A stretch of 64,000 nucleotides of DNA from a virus: UHGV virus genome UHGV-1370141, one strand, 5' to 3'. The translations under genes and the position numbers were made by a program. Shown piece after piece: positions 26,851 to 35,563 of the stretch. The notes beneath the pieces were generated by a model that was not told where the DNA came from, did no database searches, and saw nothing but the letters and a program-made list of their open reading frames with translations. Within the stretch, counting starts at the first letter, position 1; every line of letters begins with the position of its first letter.

Positions 26851-27312
26851 TTAGTAACCCGCTGCAAGAAGAGAACCTTTCCAGGTGGCACCCCCATCAA
26901 GGGTATAAAGCGACAGAGTGTCTTCCGCATTTGCCGCGTAGGATAAAACCGGTTGTGCACCGTGAGGCCATTTAACGTTTTCAGGCCAGGTTACTTTATT
27001 CGCCCCTGTTCCTTGCTTAATCGTTAGCATTACTTCGAAACGGGTATTTTCTGCAACGTTGGTAAGGGCTGCGAACGTCACTGTAGTGTTAGGATCGTTT
27101 AACACCAGAATAATGTCAGTGCTGGTATTGAAATCCAACGTGGCGGCATTATTCGAACCGTTAACCGTGGTGACTGTCGCAACCGGGGCTAACTTATCAA
27201 CATCAATTTTATATTCTTTATTGTCTTTGCTATACAGCAGTACCCCGCCTTGGGGTGTGCCTGCGTAGCTTTCGAGCTCATGGAGTCTCGTCTTCTTCAG
27301 TGCTGTCGCCAT
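26851..27312 (-). CDS. tail fiber N-terminal anchor domain protein
   Basis: MATALKKTRLHELESYAGTPQGGVLLYSKDNKEYKIDVDKL matches the N-termini of the tail fiber and of 16891..17511; start placed at the ATG at 27312 rather than the ORF-track start at 27363. Confidence 0.55.
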   Translation of the reverse strand: MATALKKTRLHELESYAGTPQGGVLLYSKDNKEYKIDVDKLAPVATVTTVNGSNNAATLDFNTSTDIILVLNDPNTTVTFAALTNVAENTRFEVMLTIKQGTGANKVTWPENVKWPHGAQPVLSYAANAEDTLSLYTLDGGATWKGSLLAAGY

Positions 27313-27841
27313 CTGGAACCTCAAATGTAAGAACGGCATCGTCACCAATACAGAAGATTGCATCTTCTTCGTTTGCTAATGCCCGTTCGGTTGTATCAAA
27401 CAACGTCACCATAAACGCGTTCATCCACGCAGGAGAATCGTCGGCAACGTTAACGGAAATGGGATCGTTACCTAAAGTGATATCTGAAGCACGTAAATCC
27501 TCGGGTTGTAAGTTCGTTCCGCAGAATTCATTTACAACACTAAGAATGTCACGAACGTTGTCTTCAGTACCGTCTAACGAAATCAGAATGGGTTCATACG
27601 TTAATACTTCATCTGCGTCGAGTCTGTCGTAGTAAACCACAACAGACGCGCCATCCGGTTTTCTGATTTTACTGATTTCGGTAATGGTGTTACGACGCGA
27701 AGTTGTTGGGGATGGGTTTGTTACAGTTCCGCTAATACGGATTTCGTTTAGTGTAAGCTGTAACCCGTTATCATGATTGATTAAAGCGACCACTAGCTCT
27801 GCTGAGGTCAGACTCAAATCAGGTACGTATGGTGTGGCCAC
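27278..27841 (-). CDS. hypothetical protein (paralog of 17511..18026), tail fiber-associated
   Basis: 187 aa; paralogy to 17511..18026; acidic C-terminus. Confidence 0.5.
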   Translation of the reverse strand: MATPYVPDLSLTSAELVVALINHDNGLQLTLNEIRISGTVTNPSPTTSRRNTITEISKIRKPDGASVVVYYDRLDADEVLTYEPILISLDGTEDNVRDILSVVNEFCGTNLQPEDLRASDITLGNDPISVNVADDSPAWMNAFMVTLFDTTERALANEEDAIFCIGDDAVLTFEVPDGDSTEEDETP

Positions 27842-27872
27842 TTAACCCTCCGAGATCAAAAAAAATAAAACA

Positions 27873-27900
27873 CCTACCGCCCATAGAATCGGGCGGTAGG
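27873..27900 (-). terminator. rho-independent terminator
   Basis: cctaccgccc-atagaatc-gggcggtagg preceded on the plus strand by an A-run (T-run on minus), after the gene ending at 27968. Confidence 0.55.
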
Positions 27901-27967
27901 AGACTATTCTGTAGTTAAAAATCAAGAACGATTAGTGATTTTTTTCGGAAGATTTCGATAGAATTTT

Positions 27968-28342
27968 TTATTCGGTTAATTCTCCACACAACACAACGTC
28001 GATACCAAACATCATTCCCACTTCTTGAAGTTTGTTCGCCAGTAAGTGACGATGACAAAACTTACCTGCGGGACAATAACACATCAAAACCAAATCATCG
28101 TGTCTGAGTAATGACACTAAAACTTCGGCGTTGGTATCTAACAGTCGTTCGAGCTTATATAAATACTTTATCGTGTACTCACGTTCAGCGACAGTGTCCT
28201 TGGCAGAGTTTTTATACGCCATTAAGAAATCCCAGTCTGGGGCGAGTTCCTTTCTCCCCGATTTGACTGTAATATCCACTGCGTGAAATCCTTTCTGCTT
28301 AGCTAACCGCCACTTAGCGAGTTGTAACGTCCAGATACGCAT
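27968..28342 (-). CDS. hypothetical protein (DUF488-like Cys motif)
   Basis: 124 aa with CYCPAGKFCHRH, reminiscent of the DUF488 CxC...CHR signature; family assignment from memory. Confidence 0.4.
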   Translation of the reverse strand: MRIWTLQLAKWRLAKQKGFHAVDITVKSGRKELAPDWDFLMAYKNSAKDTVAEREYTIKYLYKLERLLDTNAEVLVSLLRHDDLVLMCYCPAGKFCHRHLLANKLQEVGMMFGIDVVLCGELTE

Positions 28343-28539
28343 TAGGAACGGGTCTGCGATTCAGCCATCAGCGCACAACTTTTCACAGCCTGTGCATGAA
28401 GTTCTGTACCCGGTGTGTAATCCTTTATACAATCCTGATACAATTCGCTTTTCTTTTCTAAAACACGATTGTCACACTCGGCACTTGCTAGTGCCCCTGC
28501 GATAAGGATAAAAACTAGAATCGGCAACCAAATTTTCAT
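28342..28539 (-). CDS. small secreted protein
   Basis: 65 aa; N-terminal signal-peptide-like MKIWLPILVFILIAGALASA; three Cys. Confidence 0.4.
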   Translation of the reverse strand: MKIWLPILVFILIAGALASAECDNRVLEKKSELYQDCIKDYTPGTELHAQAVKSCALMAESQTRS

Positions 28540-28748
28540 TGCCCACCTCCCATTCGTTTAGCGTATTCCGTACATGCCATTACTAATTCAGCATAACGTG
28601 GGTTATCGACAGTGGTACCTGACATACATTCACGATAAAGGGACTCTTTACGCGATTCGTCAGACGTCTTAACGTAGAACATCAGCATCGTTACAATCAG
28701 CGCAGTTGAAACAATTGCTGAGATGATATATCCGTCATTTATTTTCAT
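28536..28748 (-). CDS. small membrane protein
   Basis: 70 aa; one hydrophobic helix (IISAIVSTALIVTMLMFYV); Cys pattern similar to 28342..28539. Confidence 0.4.
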   Translation of the reverse strand: MKINDGYIISAIVSTALIVTMLMFYVKTSDESRKESLYRECMSGTTVDNPRYAELVMACTEYAKRMGGGQ

Positions 28749-29265
28749 CTATAAAGCACCAAGGTTCTGGATAAAACTCTGTAAGTAAATCAACGTAAAA
28801 GCAGTTTAGGTGGGTTAATTTTATAACACAACCCAACAGATCGTGTTCCCTCCAATGGTAGATTACCACGGACGTTTCTGATAATCGCTTAACGTTCGTA
28901 TATCCCGCATCTTTAATCGTACGATAAAATTGACCGAAATCGATTTGACCAGTAACGTCCTTGTCGTCTGCGGTGAGATAACGTATTCGTGGAGCCTCGT
29001 TATTTACTAACGAAAGAAATTTCTCCACACTTTCAGCATGGATTCGTTCCATAAGGGATAAATGTGGGAACACTTCTTTACGTAATGCACCACTTGAAAT
29101 CTTAGCAAAAACCTGACGTTCCGTTAAGCGCATTAACTCGCCTAATCTTTTCAAGTCTTTGTTATATCCCAAAAAAAGAGCCACTTTCTCGTCATGCGTA
29201 ATAGGCGGCCATTCGACCGCCTTTGCCCGACGTTGCTTAAACCAACTCGCAAGTCGCGCTATCAC
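28735..29265 (-). CDS. hypothetical protein
   Basis: 176-aa ORF. Confidence 0.45.
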   Translation of the reverse strand: MIARLASWFKQRRAKAVEWPPITHDEKVALFLGYNKDLKRLGELMRLTERQVFAKISSGALRKEVFPHLSLMERIHAESVEKFLSLVNNEAPRIRYLTADDKDVTGQIDFGQFYRTIKDAGYTNVKRLSETSVVIYHWREHDLLGCVIKLTHLNCFYVDLLTEFYPEPWCFIDENK

Positions 29266-29267
29266 GT

Positions 29268-29960
29268 TTAGTAATCCTCTTCCTGATTGACTACCGATTG
29301 GATACGGGTTGCGACTTCGCTGGTGTCCAGGTCAGTTTCGTCTACCTTATCCACGAGTTTCTGTACTTTACGTACATGAGATTCGGTAATATCAAAACGA
29401 CCACGATCGGCTAACAACAACGTTACCATATCCTTACGCGTAACCATCAGTTCTTCTTCAGGTAAGTGTAAGGATTTGTCTAACAGACCCGAATGCATGA
29501 AGTTTTCCAGTAAGCGTTCTTCTCCCTGGTCGAAATCATAACGTTCGTTAGGTGCAGCAACGAAAGCGTAACCGAAGTAGTTTTCTTCCGTCTCACGTAG
29601 CGACTTGATGATTTTATCACCATGCTGACAGAAATCACTTAACGTGTAGTCGTCAAGCGTTGCAACGATGGTTTCTGCTTGTACACCATTATCTGTTTCG
29701 TACAGATGTGCAACCCAAAGTTTCCAGTTACGCGGTTCGTCAAACAAACCACCGATTAACATGTCGGTGGCTGCCATGCGCATACGCGGTGACGTTGTAA
29801 ACTGGAAACCACGACCTGCATACGGACCGATAGGACGAATAGAGCTACCGACGAAAGTAATGCGGTTTAGCGCATTTTCAGCAATGGTGTGTGCAGTACG
29901 GTTAGCAGCCGCTTTCGGGTTATACTTTTTGTTACGAGGTTTCTTTTGTTTGGTAGCCAT
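29268..29960 (-). CDS. hypothetical protein
   Basis: 230-aa ORF with basic N-terminus (KQKKPRNKKYNPK). Confidence 0.5.
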   Translation of the reverse strand: MATKQKKPRNKKYNPKAAANRTAHTIAENALNRITFVGSSIRPIGPYAGRGFQFTTSPRMRMAATDMLIGGLFDEPRNWKLWVAHLYETDNGVQAETIVATLDDYTLSDFCQHGDKIIKSLRETEENYFGYAFVAAPNERYDFDQGEERLLENFMHSGLLDKSLHLPEEELMVTRKDMVTLLLADRGRFDITESHVRKVQKLVDKVDETDLDTSEVATRIQSVVNQEEDY

Positions 29961-30442
29961 TATTTATTCTCAACTAATACTGTGTGAAATGCTTTATAAA
30001 GAGCTTGACGTGTCTCAATTAACACAGGGCGATTAATCAAGCACATATATCCGATTTTCCAAGACCAGTAAGACGTGTCGTCGGTATTTAACCCGTAATC
30101 GGGTTCAAGATATACCAAATCCGTGTATGAATCTGGTATATAAAGACGACACAAACTAAGATTCCAAAAATTAGGTAAATCCGATTTTGCAAGTTCGGAC
30201 ATAACCTGCATTGGAAGCCAGCTTCCAATGGCATCTGTTGCAAAAACAATGTGCAGATTTCCAGGCGACTTAGAATACATACCGTGACCTTCACAGCTCC
30301 ACATTGTCGCCAAGTGCGGATGGTCGTTGATTAGTTTACAAGTATCACGAACACCTTTCTCAATGTAACCGTTTTTGATTGCAGACTGAGCACGCTCTTT
30401 AAACGACGCCAATCTTTCTGCGTCAACAGAAAATTGAATCAT
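29960..30442 (-). CDS. hypothetical protein
   Basis: 160-aa ORF, 1-nt overlap with upstream gene. Confidence 0.45.
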   Translation of the reverse strand: MIQFSVDAERLASFKERAQSAIKNGYIEKGVRDTCKLINDHPHLATMWSCEGHGMYSKSPGNLHIVFATDAIGSWLPMQVMSELAKSDLPNFWNLSLCRLYIPDSYTDLVYLEPDYGLNTDDTSYWSWKIGYMCLINRPVLIETRQALYKAFHTVLVENK

Positions 30443-30945
30443 GACGGATTCTTCCCTAAAATTATCTCGCGCATTTCCAGGTAGGTGTCAAACGGCACCA
30501 CGGTGTCTTTGTAACGCAACGTTACGTAGGTTACGAAATGCTGGGGTGCCAGGAAAGCACGTTTTGGCGACCCGTCGTGGTTGTAATACTGTTTCGGACG
30601 ATAGTTGTTGAAAATGTCTTCACGCGGGAACAACGATTTCTGAATAACCACTTCCCAGCGATGCGGCGTTTCCAAAAGCGCGATACGGTTCAGTATGTCA
30701 TCTACCCAACGTTCCTTATTTTCAGTTAACACGAAACTCACGTGATGGTGTTGGACTTCTGCTAATGCGATTTCGGGTTCTTTATCCAGTTTCAACAATA
30801 CCGCAAACAGAGGACGATAATCAGAATCGTACAGGTCACGGAAAGCGGTTTTCTCACGCTGTTTAAACAACTCAACAATTTCTTTAGATTCGAAGCAATT
30901 CATTTTGAAATCCCCAATTCGTAAGTAACCAAATCGAACAAACAC
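30439..30945 (-). CDS. hypothetical protein
   Basis: 168-aa ORF. Confidence 0.45.
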   Translation of the reverse strand: MFVRFGYLRIGDFKMNCFESKEIVELFKQREKTAFRDLYDSDYRPLFAVLLKLDKEPEIALAEVQHHHVSFVLTENKERWVDDILNRIALLETPHRWEVVIQKSLFPREDIFNNYRPKQYYNHDGSPKRAFLAPQHFVTYVTLRYKDTVVPFDTYLEMREIILGKNPS

Positions 30946-31295
30946 ATTTCCAGCATCGCTTGATACAACGTGTGTTCCCCATTACCCACAAAACCGTTGG
31001 TCAACATTTTATACGTATCTGCCCCAAACATCGTCTTTATGTCTATAGGACGTTTTTCGATAATACGTAATAGCGATATTTCCATTACAATCCAATAAGC
31101 AGGCTCAACCCTAATTCTAAATAACGGATTGATTTTACTTATTGTTTTATCCCAAATCCTAAACCAGCGAACCCATTCTGTGCTATTCTGGGGTTTACGC
31201 AATCTAAGACGCGTATACGGTGAGTTGTTATATTGGTCAATAAATGTCTCAATGACATCAGCTTTTCTTGACATTATACCTAATATTGCGGTCAT
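30900..31295 (-). CDS. hypothetical protein
   Basis: 131-aa ORF. Confidence 0.4.
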   Translation of the reverse strand: MTAILGIMSRKADVIETFIDQYNNSPYTRLRLRKPQNSTEWVRWFRIWDKTISKINPLFRIRVEPAYWIVMEISLLRIIEKRPIDIKTMFGADTYKMLTNGFVGNGEHTLYQAMLEMCLFDLVTYELGISK

Positions 31296-31341
31296 CTCTA
31301 TATTCTCCTAATCATTAAAATAGCCGCAGTTGTAAAAAAGA

Positions 31342-31863
31342 CTACGGGTTAAAAGGTAGCGGTTTGCAATCCCGCTTTTTCAACTCTTCTACTAACTCAG
31401 GTAATGTACACCAACGTTTAAATTTGTTGTTGGCTTTAAAGTGACTAAGAATTTCCTCTACGCGTTCAATAGACCACTTCCCTTTACCCACGTTATCTAA
31501 ATCTTTACGTACCGAGAGCGTCTCAATGGTAAACGCTAATTCTGAAGTGTCCGAGTGGTCGTACAGCAGTCTTACTGGTGTAGATTGGTGTAGCGTAACA
31601 CGCCACCCTGACTCTTTAGCCCAGTAGACGTCTTTAATTCGACCACTGACATCAATTACGGAACTGATATAGCACCACTCCTTTTCTAGTTTGTTCTCTT
31701 CAGCAGTTAATGCTTCTTCTAATCTTAAAGAATTAGGGGACGGAATCCACCAACCGTACTTACCGTAATAATCGTCTATTACAGTAATACCTTCGTAATA
31801 CAGATATTGAGTTTTTGTATTAACGAATATTTCATCGCCAATTAAGACAGCGTTTATCTTCAT
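31342..31863 (-). CDS. hypothetical protein
   Basis: 173-aa ORF. Confidence 0.45.
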   Translation of the reverse strand: MKINAVLIGDEIFVNTKTQYLYYEGITVIDDYYGKYGWWIPSPNSLRLEEALTAEENKLEKEWCYISSVIDVSGRIKDVYWAKESGWRVTLHQSTPVRLLYDHSDTSELAFTIETLSVRKDLDNVGKGKWSIERVEEILSHFKANNKFKRWCTLPELVEELKKRDCKPLPFNP

Positions 31864-32348
31864 CGTAAGTGCTTCCTGTAAAATAAGTCATACGCCTCCG
31901 ATGTGGCGGTATCAATAGATCCTACTAAGGGAATAATATTCTTTTCGCTTATACCTGATGCCCAGGCCGCACGAGCAAAACCTTGACCCGAACCCGTTGC
32001 CCAAACCGTGTTTTTATTCAGTACACGGGATTCAAATTTACCCTCTAGCAGCCCGAGCCAGTGTGTTTCCTCAGCTGTGTAAATGATAATCTGATCGTAA
32101 AACTGTTCTTTTTCAATAAGATCTTTAAATAACCCTTCGATCTTGGCTCGCTTTTCTTCAATCAAATATTTTTCTGCTGCGACCATTATCGTCTTTTTCC
32201 AGAGATCCGAGTCCAATACGCGTTCCCCAGTATAAACAACGAATTTGTTTTTGTACTTGTGTAATTTAGGTGCCGCTTTAACTGTACCGCCGTAGTCAAC
32301 CAACCGATCGGCTAAAATGTAATCGTTTGTTACTAAAACTGTTGTCAT
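31860..32348 (-). CDS. hypothetical protein
   Basis: Start placed at the internal ATG (MTTVLVTNDY..) because the ORF-track N-terminal extension would run through the terminator hairpin at 32377-32400. Confidence 0.45.
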   Translation of the reverse strand: MTTVLVTNDYILADRLVDYGGTVKAAPKLHKYKNKFVVYTGERVLDSDLWKKTIMVAAEKYLIEEKRAKIEGLFKDLIEKEQFYDQIIIYTAEETHWLGLLEGKFESRVLNKNTVWATGSGQGFARAAWASGISEKNIIPLVGSIDTATSEAYDLFYRKHLR

Positions 32349-32376
32349 CACACACCTCGAAGAAAAATAAAAGTAC

Positions 32377-32400
32377 CCTCTCTCCAAACGGAGAGAGGGG
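32377..32400 (-). terminator. rho-independent terminator (exact-repeat hairpin, copy 1)
   Basis: ccctctctcc-aaac-ggagagaggg preceded by an A-run on the plus strand; the same sequence recurs at 33163-33186. Confidence 0.6.
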
Positions 32401-32406
32401 CACTGC

Positions 32407-32676
32407 TTAAATCTTACGACTGCTACCGTAGCAGCCACGACCTGCTGTCGTTTTCGCAGCACTGACAGGTGCTAACGCAGCCATCGTACCATCGGCCTTA
32501 ACAATGTGTAAATTACCTGCGCGAACCAGACCTTTAAAGGTAATCTTCACACCTTTGCGTAAACTCTTCACTTCATACCCGTCGAGTTTGAGTGTTTTAA
32601 CTTTTTCAGGTTTACCTTCTTCGTAATAGGAAAGAACATTACCCGCACGTTTCTCAACAATGTAAATCTTAGCCAT
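32407..32676 (-). CDS. hypothetical protein
   Basis: 89-aa ORF bounded by hairpin elements. Confidence 0.4.
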   Translation of the reverse strand: MAKIYIVEKRAGNVLSYYEEGKPEKVKTLKLDGYEVKSLRKGVKITFKGLVRAGNLHIVKADGTMAALAPVSAAKTTAGRGCYGSSRKI

Positions 32677-32699
32677 TTTAGATTACTCCATTTAGTTAA

Positions 32700-32740
32700 G
32701 TGAGAATTCTCACATAGATGAAATATATCTTAAATTTTTT
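32700..32740 (-). promoter_or_regulatory. degenerate copy of promoter-like motif plus hairpin
   Basis: gtgagaattctcac hairpin followed by atagatgaaatatatcttaaatttttt, upstream of the gene starting at 32676. Confidence 0.35.
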
Positions 32741-32777
32741 AGACCGTTAACAACACAATGCTGAAGCCATATCGAAA

Positions 32778-33110
32778 TTAGTGTGGCTCGGGTTCGACAT
32801 AAATTTCCCCAAACACGTATGCGGTTCCGGCTTCATTTGTCGGTTTAGCAACACACCACATCCATTCTTTAGTTTCTTGGTTTTGCCAGGACAACAAAAG
32901 AACACCGTCACAAATTTCAGAAGTATCCACTTCTGGATGATACAACATAAATTCGTTGTCATTATCATCCATTACAACAAACTGCCCTTCTTCGATTCTT
33001 TCGAATTTCGCGACGCCTACCGCAATCGCGGGCTCCTCAACAGTAAACGACACGTCACGTTTTGGCAAATCACGGTGAATAGCACTTAACCACATCAGAT
33101 TGTTCCTCAA
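32778..33110 (-). CDS. hypothetical protein
   Basis: 110-aa ORF. Confidence 0.4.
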   Translation of the reverse strand: MRNNLMWLSAIHRDLPKRDVSFTVEEPAIAVGVAKFERIEEGQFVVMDDNDNEFMLYHPEVDTSEICDGVLLLSWQNQETKEWMWCVAKPTNEAGTAYVFGEIYVEPEPH

Positions 33111-33162
33111 TTAATTTTGTTTACTTGTGCATAACTACGGCTATACGCGTAAAATAAATACA

Positions 33163-33186
33163 CCCTCTCTCCAAACGGAGAGAGGG
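33163..33186 (-). terminator. rho-independent terminator (exact-repeat hairpin, copy 2)
   Basis: ccctctctcc-aaac-ggagagaggg with an A/T-rich flank, after the stop of 33192..33698. Confidence 0.6.
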
Positions 33187-33191
33187 GCAGC

Positions 33192-33698
33192 TTACAGCAG
33201 ATTCTCTTCGCGATCATCTACCAAGATAGACGTAATAACATAACGCGCTAAGCGACTACGCGCTTCTTCAGTTTCTTCGTCGGACGGTAATTGCTCACCT
33301 GCTGGCGCACACAGCGTCAGTCCTGATTCACGAAGCTGTTCCGTGTATTCTTCTACGGCAGTTTCAAACGTACCACGAATACCTGCGACAGTGTCCATAA
33401 TCTCATCAGTTGGGATAATGGATTCTTTCAACACAGCATGGGCATCAGTAGGTTCGACGGAGTCTAAGTTCAGTTCGACCAGCAACGCTTTCTTCGCCAG
33501 ACAGTCAGTGATAAAACACGACAGAACTTTTTCAAACTCATCTAAACTGAATTCGGTGTCGTCAGAGGCACCGGTGATGAGCTGACCGTAACGGTTAAAC
33601 AGCTCTTTACAACGTGTTTCATAATCAGCATCGATATCACGAACACCGAGGTCGAAATCGTGTTGTTCGAGCTGATTAAAATCCAGAGTCTCACTCAT
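33192..33698 (-). CDS. hypothetical acidic protein
   Basis: 168 aa, Asp/Glu-rich. Confidence 0.45.
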   Translation of the reverse strand: MSETLDFNQLEQHDFDLGVRDIDADYETRCKELFNRYGQLITGASDDTEFSLDEFEKVLSCFITDCLAKKALLVELNLDSVEPTDAHAVLKESIIPTDEIMDTVAGIRGTFETAVEEYTEQLRESGLTLCAPAGEQLPSDEETEEARSRLARYVITSILVDDREENLL

Positions 33699-33737
33699 TA
33701 TTAAAGTCTCCAGTTAAGAGGTCATATTACCTGCTGA

Positions 33738-33965
33738 CTAGAGGGCCAGCGTTAACCCCGTGTGGGTTTGTACTGAACCAACACCGTCACGCGCTTTCGC
33801 TTTTGCGATAAGTTTGTCAATCACACGTTGGTGACTGCGCGTAATAACTTTACCCGGATAACCGATAATGAGCGCATTTTCGCTGTTGATTACCGCCGAG
33901 AATTCGTTATCACCTGCGACGTAAACAATCTGTTTGTTTTTGGTTACAATACGTTTAATTTCCAT
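33738..33965 (-). CDS. hypothetical protein
   Basis: 75-aa ORF. Confidence 0.4.
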   Translation of the reverse strand: MEIKRIVTKNKQIVYVAGDNEFSAVINSENALIIGYPGKVITRSHQRVIDKLIAKAKARDGVGSVQTHTGLTLAL

Positions 33966-33974
33966 TCATCATCC

Positions 33975-34748
33975 TTAAAAGATAAAGTGGCCTGTTAATG
34001 GTTCTACCTCAACTCCGCCCATAGACGGTGGAGCTGTGTATGGAAACGTGAGGCGTACAGTTGCGCCTTTCAGATAAGCAATACGGAAATACGTGGTTAG
34101 TAGTGCGTTTCCGTAAGTACAGTCGTTATAGAAAAAACCTTCGGTGGCAAACGTCTTTTCGTTGATTTTCGAATAGACTAAGATACCTTCAACCTTACCA
34201 TCTTTACGACAACACAACCCTTCTGCTGCACCTACGGCTAACAACCCTAAACAGTGCGTGTCCAGGTTGACATTAACAACCTTAGGAATCGTAAACGTCT
34301 CTTCCAACGTTAGGGATTCAACGTCGAACACGTCAGGTAAGTCAGTGCGTACTTCCGGCTTTTCAGTAATCGTAAGGTCATAATCGATAGACGTTGGTTG
34401 CATACCTAAAAACGACATTAACTGATCACGACGTTTTAGGTCGTTAGCAGGGTACGTGACATCGAACATCTTCACGTTTAACAGACGTTTGAGTTGGGCG
34501 AAGTTGATGTTCTTCTTCGCAAACACAACGATTGCGGACATATAGAAAATCTTACCGTCTGCACGCCCTGAAAAGATGCCCTGTAACTGGTTAGTATTCG
34601 AAAGGATGATAAAGGTAGGGTCTTCAGATTCCCGAATGATTTCTTTTTCCATTAACCCTTTGCGTACACGGGTTAACGAAACCATTTTACCTTCTACACC
34701 AATCGCTAAATGATCATTACGATAATCGTGGATATCCACTATACGCAT
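33975..34748 (-). CDS. hypothetical protein
   Basis: 257-aa ORF, 1-nt overlap with the dam gene upstream. Confidence 0.5.
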   Translation of the reverse strand: MRIVDIHDYRNDHLAIGVEGKMVSLTRVRKGLMEKEIIRESEDPTFIILSNTNQLQGIFSGRADGKIFYMSAIVVFAKKNINFAQLKRLLNVKMFDVTYPANDLKRRDQLMSFLGMQPTSIDYDLTITEKPEVRTDLPDVFDVESLTLEETFTIPKVVNVNLDTHCLGLLAVGAAEGLCCRKDGKVEGILVYSKINEKTFATEGFFYNDCTYGNALLTTYFRIAYLKGATVRLTFPYTAPPSMGGVEVEPLTGHFIF

Positions 34749-35563
34749 TAGAGCACTCCTAACAATTCCGTTACCGTTTTACGAGCAGCACCTGACGCAC
34801 CCATGTAACGCCCTACTTCTACAGAACGCCATTCGAACCCGTAATAAATCTCACGCGTTAGTAACGTATCTGCATTGGACAACACAACGCTATTCCCCTT
34901 CTCAACCTGCTTAAACAGCGCTCTGGCGAGTTCCCGATGGTCAGCCTGGGAAAACTCTTTCCGATGGTATTGCGCGTGTTTAGCGGTCTCTGAAAGCGGT
35001 ATATAAGGTGGGTCCGCGTAAATCACGCTGTCTTCCGGTGTACGCTCTAAAACTGTTCGGAAATCTTCACAAACAATTTCTAAGTATTCCGGCTCTTGAC
35101 AACGTTTAGCCCAACCACGAATTTCGTCTAACGGGTAATACACACCGTTAGGATAGCGGCCGAATGGAACGTTAAAGCCACCACTGCCATTGTAACGACA
35201 CATCCCGTTAAAACCGTGACGCATTAAATACAAGAACATCGCTGCCCGGTCTAACGGAGCCATATCCGTTTCACGATTAAACAGTTCTCGTCTCTCCATA
35301 TACTTAATACAATCGTTACCGTCTTCGAATAGCGGTTTCGACTTTAAGATAAGTTCTTCAGGTTGGTCTTTCGCCACGTTCAGCAACTGTATTAAATCGG
35401 GGTTAGAGTCAGCAAGAATGTAACGTTTATAACGTGTGTTCAAAAACACCGACCCTGCACCAACAAACGGTTCAACGAAAGTGGTACGTTCAGGTAAGAC
35501 TTGTAGTAAGGTGTCGATAATCCGCGATTTGCCACCCATCCACTTTATAATTGGTTTATGCAT
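34748..35563 (-). CDS. dam: DNA adenine methyltransferase (Dam-like, GATC-type N6-adenine MTase)
   Basis: KWMGGKSR..VEPFVGAGSVFLN..LYLMRHGFNGMCRYN..FNVPFGRY..YADPPY aligns along its length with E. coli Dam (KWAGGK, EPFVGAGSVFLN, DPPY motifs). Confidence 0.85.
   Translation of the reverse strand: MHKPIIKWMGGKSRIIDTLLQVLPERTTFVEPFVGAGSVFLNTRYKRYILADSNPDLIQLLNVAKDQPEELILKSKPLFEDGNDCIKYMERRELFNRETDMAPLDRAAMFLYLMRHGFNGMCRYNGSGGFNVPFGRYPNGVYYPLDEIRGWAKRCQEPEYLEIVCEDFRTVLERTPEDSVIYADPPYIPLSETAKHAQYHRKEFSQADHRELARALFKQVEKGNSVVLSNADTLLTREIYYGFEWRSVEVGRYMGASGAARKTVTELLGVL

Noticed and set aside
32349-32462. N-terminal extension of ORF 31860..32462
   Set aside because: The extension would read through the terminator hairpin at 32377-32400 and overlap the upstream gene; the internal ATG at 32348 was used.
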